From the NCBI GenBank assembly GCA_023245775.1, contig JAHFJR010000002.1, forward strand, positions 1,902 to 65,901: 64,000 nucleotides of DNA. Direction: 5' to 3'. The translations under genes were made by a program, and so were the position numbers. The notes below the pieces were generated by a model. The model was given only the letters and a program-made list of their open reading frames with translations, did no database searches and had not been told where the DNA came from. Positions 60,001-64,000 of the stretch are shown in pieces; the first letter of the stretch is position 1; each line of letters opens with the position of its first letter. Source of the DNA: Candidatus Peribacteria bacterium (lineage in GTDB: Bacteria > Patescibacteriota > Gracilibacteria > Peribacterales > Peribacteraceae).

Positions 60001-60666
60001 ACGACTCTCACCTTACCTTTGGCGGAATTGGACATACAACAGATTGAAAAAATCTTCACGGTCGGTGACATACGCGCTATCAGCGCTTACGAGTCGGATG
60101 ACCCGATGACTCTGCTCAAGGTTGGAGTGGAGCCGCAGGAAACGTGCCAATCTTGGAGAAATGGTGGATACAACCATTGTCTGTTGGCGTATGTGGCCGA
60201 TAGCAATAAAAAAGTGCTGAATGTTGCTGACGGAGAAGGCCGTATTGTGGCAAGAAGCATGATCAAACTGACAAAACAACGTGATCTGCATGACTTTTCT
60301 TCAGAGACAGAGAGGAGAACGTTGCTCATTGAAAAGCCCTATTCCCTCCTTCCGAATGCCGAAGTCTATCGAGCATTCATACGTGTGCTCTTGAAGAAGG
60401 CACAAGGTCTTGATGCTTCGATTACCTTCAGAGGAGATGGGATGGACCCTCAGACGTTGGAGATCTTTGAAGAAGAGGCGGCAACATGTGGCTATGGAAG
60501 GAGAGAAGGTACGTTCGAGCTTTTCATACCGCAGAGCTTGAATAGGTTCGAATATAGCGATGCTCTCGGTGGGGAAATAACATCCTTCGATCGATATCAG
60601 GAACTTCCTGGTGTCACGTTTGAAAGATTGAAAACAGAATCCGGACTCTTGCATGGAGAGGAATGA
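57004..60666 (+). CDS. large orphan cytoplasmic protein (1220 aa)
   Basis: Single uninterrupted ORF, AT-richer by eye, no signal peptide or TM segment, helical-repeat-like sequence. An AT-rich promoter region lies upstream (TTTACA 56935-56940, 17-nt spacer, TATTAT 56958-56963). Confidence 0.7.
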   Translation: MNLSEDHEQDAHPDIEDMGERRVSQAATLLGLLDKREEVERIIASEGRTVQDLCRSLGISARESHDEVREKTIDHPEDRARAMEEELSRLVDPTIDEISRVIITSGLAAEEIRTWLRVNNMDIQCLVSQRGHLGIKSSEVSEQLAGHRKRNFWQKLFHPKEREKIVQGVREVSSALARLDGELATRRPRFDHITLAMQRLSQRREDLVTSAVNQFFEHIEEKYRGLQAAFVTPQVKEGLNTVLIAENVLPKLNELKADGRMSEADSVEYLGLLRAKLAEGYLDWSAAVEKKEAAEKRRKRLECLHRQSRHSLEGISSVIESKGNEAADVYYDRIFEVLLREAAKEEIERWRDALCTLVGPDLQGAIAQSSKQSVYPARSDWGGGHETEKDILDLREVPIGDVNKLNGLVRWPVVKRFAEQSGLIPENIFLRVERIIIERLFHEQLFPGGRESWEGTAASYKIGALQNPEALPLLLKQIEAFGTGHTNDAVVYAMESLLSESNPDHLQQVLQSLPENKRILLETLANEHSYMTRFGRCNARYVTCVLLKDGDFTLAKEQLTRILENGGSFGDQQLKDFYLGSREFGPEASAELLQKREEVEQVIIQSKLSFWTQAADKLLAALVHPGNGDSVAFPKRIAKEGLGVSDEAMIGVLDQIFSTKTFKGSGFEREAFLDGLLVLNAKEDGAAVLETLLGVYRSAKNDPSRMRRIFQLLSTLDAFGEYAFVVPSSQHVDQIRSDIAGLEEQLPQTKEKSGRKKTKDAIETLKVELQNVTGLKGIEDAMTKKVVEVACRRLELPQKFHEKIEGNLEEFLRSGLFEIVPTLAGKYDKENRTDVSNLLRTVTEHIIEGDFNAWRYTHEQTAIQLAGLTEEQKKFWRETLEPITIDISLSDDEESRRADELRATKDILRNAKEHILVEQPHFDFSRDRARMLSIQVDGLTERIKSCTSDDEKRSLVVEKRRVQAETTLLSGFLEIEEATTASFTRDRICAQARALCNCLTTLTLPLAELDIQQIEKIFTVGDIRAISAYESDDPMTLLKVGVEPQETCQSWRNGGYNHCLLAYVADSNKKVLNVADGEGRIVARSMIKLTKQRDLHDFSSETERRTLLIEKPYSLLPNAEVYRAFIRVLLKKAQGLDASITFRGDGMDPQTLEIFEEEAATCGYGRREGTFELFIPQSLNRFEYSDALGGEITSFDRYQELPGVTFERLKTESGLLHGEE

Positions 60667-60750
60667 ACGCTGAAGTTAGATACCCCTCGTCTCCTCTGCT
60701 ACAGTGCCGTACTGTTGATTTCGGAGTCCCCTGCTCCCGTTCTCCACTCT

Positions 60751-63201
60751 ATGCATTTGCTCCTGAGATTGGCACGATCGCCTCTGCTACGGAGAGGCGA
60801 CTGGCAACTGTTTCTGATCGTTCACTGCGCATTCGTCGCTATCGGCATGGCCCCGCTCCTCCTTCGGACACATCTGCTCTCGGGATTGGAGTTCACGTAT
60901 CCGCTGTTTCAGCTGTACACGCCACGTGCGTTGCTGTCGGGGAATGCCTTCTTCAATGCGCTGAATCTCAACGGCTTCCCGACGTTCATCGGCACGGATT
61001 ATTACTCGATGAATCCGTTCACGTATCTCTTCACCGCGCTGCTTCCTCCCTTCGATAGTCTGAATGCTTTCGTCTTCGCGAACATGGTTGCTGGTGGGTT
61101 CTTCTGCTCACTTCTGATCAGGAGACTCGGCTTCTCCCGCGCTGCGGCGATCATCGGAGGTGCAAGTTATGTCACGGGGAGCTGGCTCCTGATCGTGACC
61201 TCCCAATTCGTCGCATTCCTACCGATCCCCCCACTGATGATCTCGATCCTCCTGGCAAGCCGCCAGCATCCTCTGAGGGCATGCCTAGCCGGCACGCTCC
61301 TGTGCACGTACCTGTGGTGGGCGGTGTTCCTCCAGATCACACTGATGATCTTCGCGCTCTCAGCTGCTGCAGCTGTGATTCTGGCTTGGAAGCTGCGTTC
61401 CAACGGGAGGATTGCCAGATCTCCGCTGATTGTCTTCGTCGTGAGTGTCGTCATCAGCACGTTGACGGTTCTGCCAAAGCTCCTCATCACCAAGGTCTAT
61501 GGAGATCTCTCTTGGCGAGCTGCCGGTGTGCCGAGTGCCGAAGCGACATCGCAGGGCATCAGCGCGCTCTCCCCACTACGCTACCTCTTTCCGTACGCCC
61601 AATTCCCGTTCCTCAACTTCGGCGGTGACATCCTCATGCTGTACGTGGGCACATTCGGTTTCCTCTTCCTGCTGACCGGGATCTTCGTCCAGCTTCCGAG
61701 AGCATCGGTGCCGCGCGTGCGTTGGTGGATCACGGGGTACGTGTTGCTCCTGCTCATGGCGATCAATCATTCACCCTTAGCGGCGATCGTTCATTCTTTT
61801 CCACCATTTTCGTACTTCCGTGGGGCTGGACGGTGGATGCTCCTTGGTACGTTCGTGGCAGCTCCGATCATCGCAGCTGGGGTGGATGCACTCGTAGCGG
61901 GGGAGGCGGAAAAACTACGGAGGATGTTCGCAGCTGTGCTCGGCAGTGCCGTCTTCGTACTGTGTGCTTGGCTAGCTGCTATGCAATCGGTGCTCACGCT
62001 GCTGCCGCGATGGCCGATCGCTCTGTTTCAGCGCTACTTTGCTACGGTCCACGAGACACTCGGTTTGCAGCCGCCGCTCACGTACTACGAAACATTCGTG
62101 GAGCGGCGCATTGCCGATCTTGGAGCACATCCCTTGTTCCTAGAACCGCGAACGCTGTTCCCGCTGCTCTCCCTCTTCGTCCTTGCAATCGTGCTCCAAG
62201 ACAGAGTCTGGCGGAGTGTGCGACGGACTCCATGGATCCTGGTTGCCTGCACGCTGCTCACTTCGATGTCCGTGCTGTTTTGGTACAACGAATACATTCC
62301 ACGCGATGCGATTCCCGTGGCGATTCACACGGTTGAATTTCTGAAGGCGCACCCCAGTCTAGCCATCGGCGTCCTCTCGGAACAAGCTTCGATCGCTGCA
62401 TTCAGAGAGAAACCGTCCGAGAGAGACCGCATCGAATGGTCCCTAGAATACCTCGTGCCGAATACGAACTTGTATAACGACATTCCCATCCTCGATACCT
62501 TCGACAATCTTCCCTCGCGGCGTCCGACGGCCTTGGCAAGTTGGGTCGGCGCTCACTGGGCCGGTGAACACTGGATCCTCGGCTCCGACCCGTACCGGAT
62601 CGCGGCGGTGCCAGGATCGTTGCACGACAAATTGGTCGCCTATGCGAAACGCAAAGACATGATGGACGTGATGGGACTTCGATACATCGTGAGCGCCTTC
62701 CCGATCGCGGATACGCGTTTCCGAAAGGTCTTCGAAGCCATCATCACATCGAAGCGGCTTCCTATTGCGATCTATGAGAACCCCGACGCGCGGCCCAAGG
62801 CGTATTTCGCCGATGCCATAGAAACGGTGACAGAGAACGAAGCAGAGACGATCCATCGGATGCTCAGTGGCACATGGCCACGTAGGAAATCACTGATCGA
62901 ATGCGAACCCGAATGCACTCCACTCAAGCCAAGCGGTATGGGAGACGTGACGATCGTGCGTGATGAAGGTCACGCGCTGACGATCCGAACATCTTCGCCA
63001 ACACCGCAGTGGCTCGTGTTGAACGTCAACCGACTGCCGGGATGGATCGTCACGATCGACAGCGCGACAGCGCGAACGGTCTATGCGAATGGCACATTCT
63101 TTGGAGTACAAGTGCCGGGGGGAAACCATACGATCGCATGGAGGTTTTCGTTGATGCAGATTCTGCGGGAAGGCTTACATGGAGCGGTGGATCGTACGTG
63201 A
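60751..63201 (+). CDS. large polytopic membrane protein (816 aa), YfhO-like / GT-C-type candidate
   Basis: More than 10 hydrophobic segments in the N-terminal two thirds, then a soluble C-terminal domain. The family call is tentative. Confidence 0.6.
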   Translation: MHLLLRLARSPLLRRGDWQLFLIVHCAFVAIGMAPLLLRTHLLSGLEFTYPLFQLYTPRALLSGNAFFNALNLNGFPTFIGTDYYSMNPFTYLFTALLPPFDSLNAFVFANMVAGGFFCSLLIRRLGFSRAAAIIGGASYVTGSWLLIVTSQFVAFLPIPPLMISILLASRQHPLRACLAGTLLCTYLWWAVFLQITLMIFALSAAAAVILAWKLRSNGRIARSPLIVFVVSVVISTLTVLPKLLITKVYGDLSWRAAGVPSAEATSQGISALSPLRYLFPYAQFPFLNFGGDILMLYVGTFGFLFLLTGIFVQLPRASVPRVRWWITGYVLLLLMAINHSPLAAIVHSFPPFSYFRGAGRWMLLGTFVAAPIIAAGVDALVAGEAEKLRRMFAAVLGSAVFVLCAWLAAMQSVLTLLPRWPIALFQRYFATVHETLGLQPPLTYYETFVERRIADLGAHPLFLEPRTLFPLLSLFVLAIVLQDRVWRSVRRTPWILVACTLLTSMSVLFWYNEYIPRDAIPVAIHTVEFLKAHPSLAIGVLSEQASIAAFREKPSERDRIEWSLEYLVPNTNLYNDIPILDTFDNLPSRRPTALASWVGAHWAGEHWILGSDPYRIAAVPGSLHDKLVAYAKRKDMMDVMGLRYIVSAFPIADTRFRKVFEAIITSKRLPIAIYENPDARPKAYFADAIETVTENEAETIHRMLSGTWPRRKSLIECEPECTPLKPSGMGDVTIVRDEGHALTIRTSSPTPQWLVLNVNRLPGWIVTIDSATARTVYANGTFFGVQVPGGNHTIAWRFSLMQILREGLHGAVDRT

Positions 63202-64000
63202 ATCGATCACCTTCTCTACCACTCGCGCAACCGCTTCAGCCGCGATCGTGTGCCCCAGAGCGTTCCAGTGTCCGTCGCAGGAGAAGTAGAAGTACGGATA
63301 CACGAGTGCACGTTTGCTCTGCTCGGCGAGGAAGACTGGGACGAGGTCGATGAATGGCACGCCATGATGCTCTGCAATCTTTGCAAAACGTGCGAAGGGA
63401 TAGGAGGGGGTGAATGCCTTCGGTGGATCTTGACCGTACTGCTTTCGAATCAATGCTGCGATATCGGGTGCGGTTTCTAGGAGCTCTGGAACCGAGAAGG
63501 CGATCAGCTGCTTGGGTGGCGATATCTGGCGCTTGAGGGACTGGATCGCCCGATCGACCCTCGCCCATCCCCGTTCGCGCTCGGGTGGTGCTGGCGCGTC
63601 GAACACGTGGTACTCACGCGGATACGGGGGGAAACCGCTGATACCCGAGGGCGATGCTGTCTCCTGTCTCGCGAAACGGTACAAAACATTAGCGAAGCGG
63701 TACAGGGCGCTGTGCATACGTAGCCAGTGGCGCGTGCCGTCGAACGGCGTCCTCTTGCGGAAAGACAGCAAGTTGCCGTCATCATCACGGTACGTGAGAC
63801 GCGTCGCGTGCAGAGGACCTCCCTCCATGTCTGGGTCGCTGTTCTCGACGTCATTGCTGTAGAAGGCCAGGAGGACAATATCCGGATCGAACGTGCTGAC
63901 CACGTTCTCGTACAGAATATCCTCCTGTTCAGTGCCGATGGAACTGAGACCAAAATTCAGCACTTCGACCTTGTCTTTCCCCAAGATCTTCTCCAGCTGC
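63175..64000 (-). CDS. SGNH/GDSL-type hydrolase-like protein, 5' end beyond the window
   Basis: The reading frame is open to the window edge. VLNFGLSSIGT (block II-like), LLAFYSNDV (block III-like) and FSCDGHWNALGH (block V DxxH-like). Confidence 0.6.
   Translation of the reverse strand, partial: QLEKILGKDKVEVLNFGLSSIGTEQEDILYENVVSTFDPDIVLLAFYSNDVENSDPDMEGGPLHATRLTYRDDDGNLLSFRKRTPFDGTRHWLRMHSALYRFANVLYRFARQETASPSGISGFPPYPREYHVFDAPAPPERERGWARVDRAIQSLKRQISPPKQLIAFSVPELLETAPDIAALIRKQYGQDPPKAFTPSYPFARFAKIAEHHGVPFIDLVPVFLAEQSKRALVYPYFYFSCDGHWNALGHTIAAEAVARVVEKVIDSRTIHRSM

Noticed and set aside
1-64000. Alternative genetic code (UGA recoding, as in some candidate phyla)
   Set aside because: Long conserved genes are uninterrupted under the standard code, and TGA serves as the stop in the ATGA overlaps and elsewhere.

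Overview
This is a gene-dense bacterial chromosomal window using the standard genetic code. By eye it is moderately GC-rich with several AT-richer islands; I did not compute GC. About 50 protein genes, 2 tRNAs and 1 riboswitch are supportable.

Recognisable genes:
- Housekeeping: ssb (fragment at the left edge), dnaE, tsaC, nrdR, aspS, pyrF, comM/yifB, yraN, apbE, a PMM/PGM-family mutase, recJ, hsp20, pabA/pabB-like, galU, uvrB, serS, metK with a SAM-I riboswitch.
- Envelope: an SLH protein, a GT4 glycosyltransferase, two GT-C/YfhO-like membrane proteins, an amidase-SpoIID fusion, an SGNH hydrolase.
- Two type II toxin-antitoxin pairs.
- Two small GIY-YIG nuclease genes, each next to a tRNA.

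Many small or large orphan proteins, the very tight gene spacing and the absence of Shine-Dalgarno motifs suggest an uncultivated small-genome lineage, possibly CPR/Patescibacteria-like. That is inference only.

Things worth a second look:
1. A 8.8-kb, five-gene, translationally coupled operon of orphan exported proteins (307-9098). Its first protein carries an acidic Cys/His decapeptide array.
2. A modular family of GC-rich palindromic repeat modules. They sit between genes, and also in frame inside conserved genes (dnaE, tsaC, PMM, GT4, amidase; possibly serS) and in the P2 arm of the SAM riboswitch. A 125-138 bp MITE-like element belongs to the same family.
3. GIY-YIG cassettes bracketed by duplicated tRNA fragments at tRNA-Leu and tRNA-Asp.
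4. A recurrent TAnnnT-(6-7 nt)-ATG arrangement implying leaderless mRNAs for many operon-first genes.

All functional calls come from motif recognition by eye. No database search was run.
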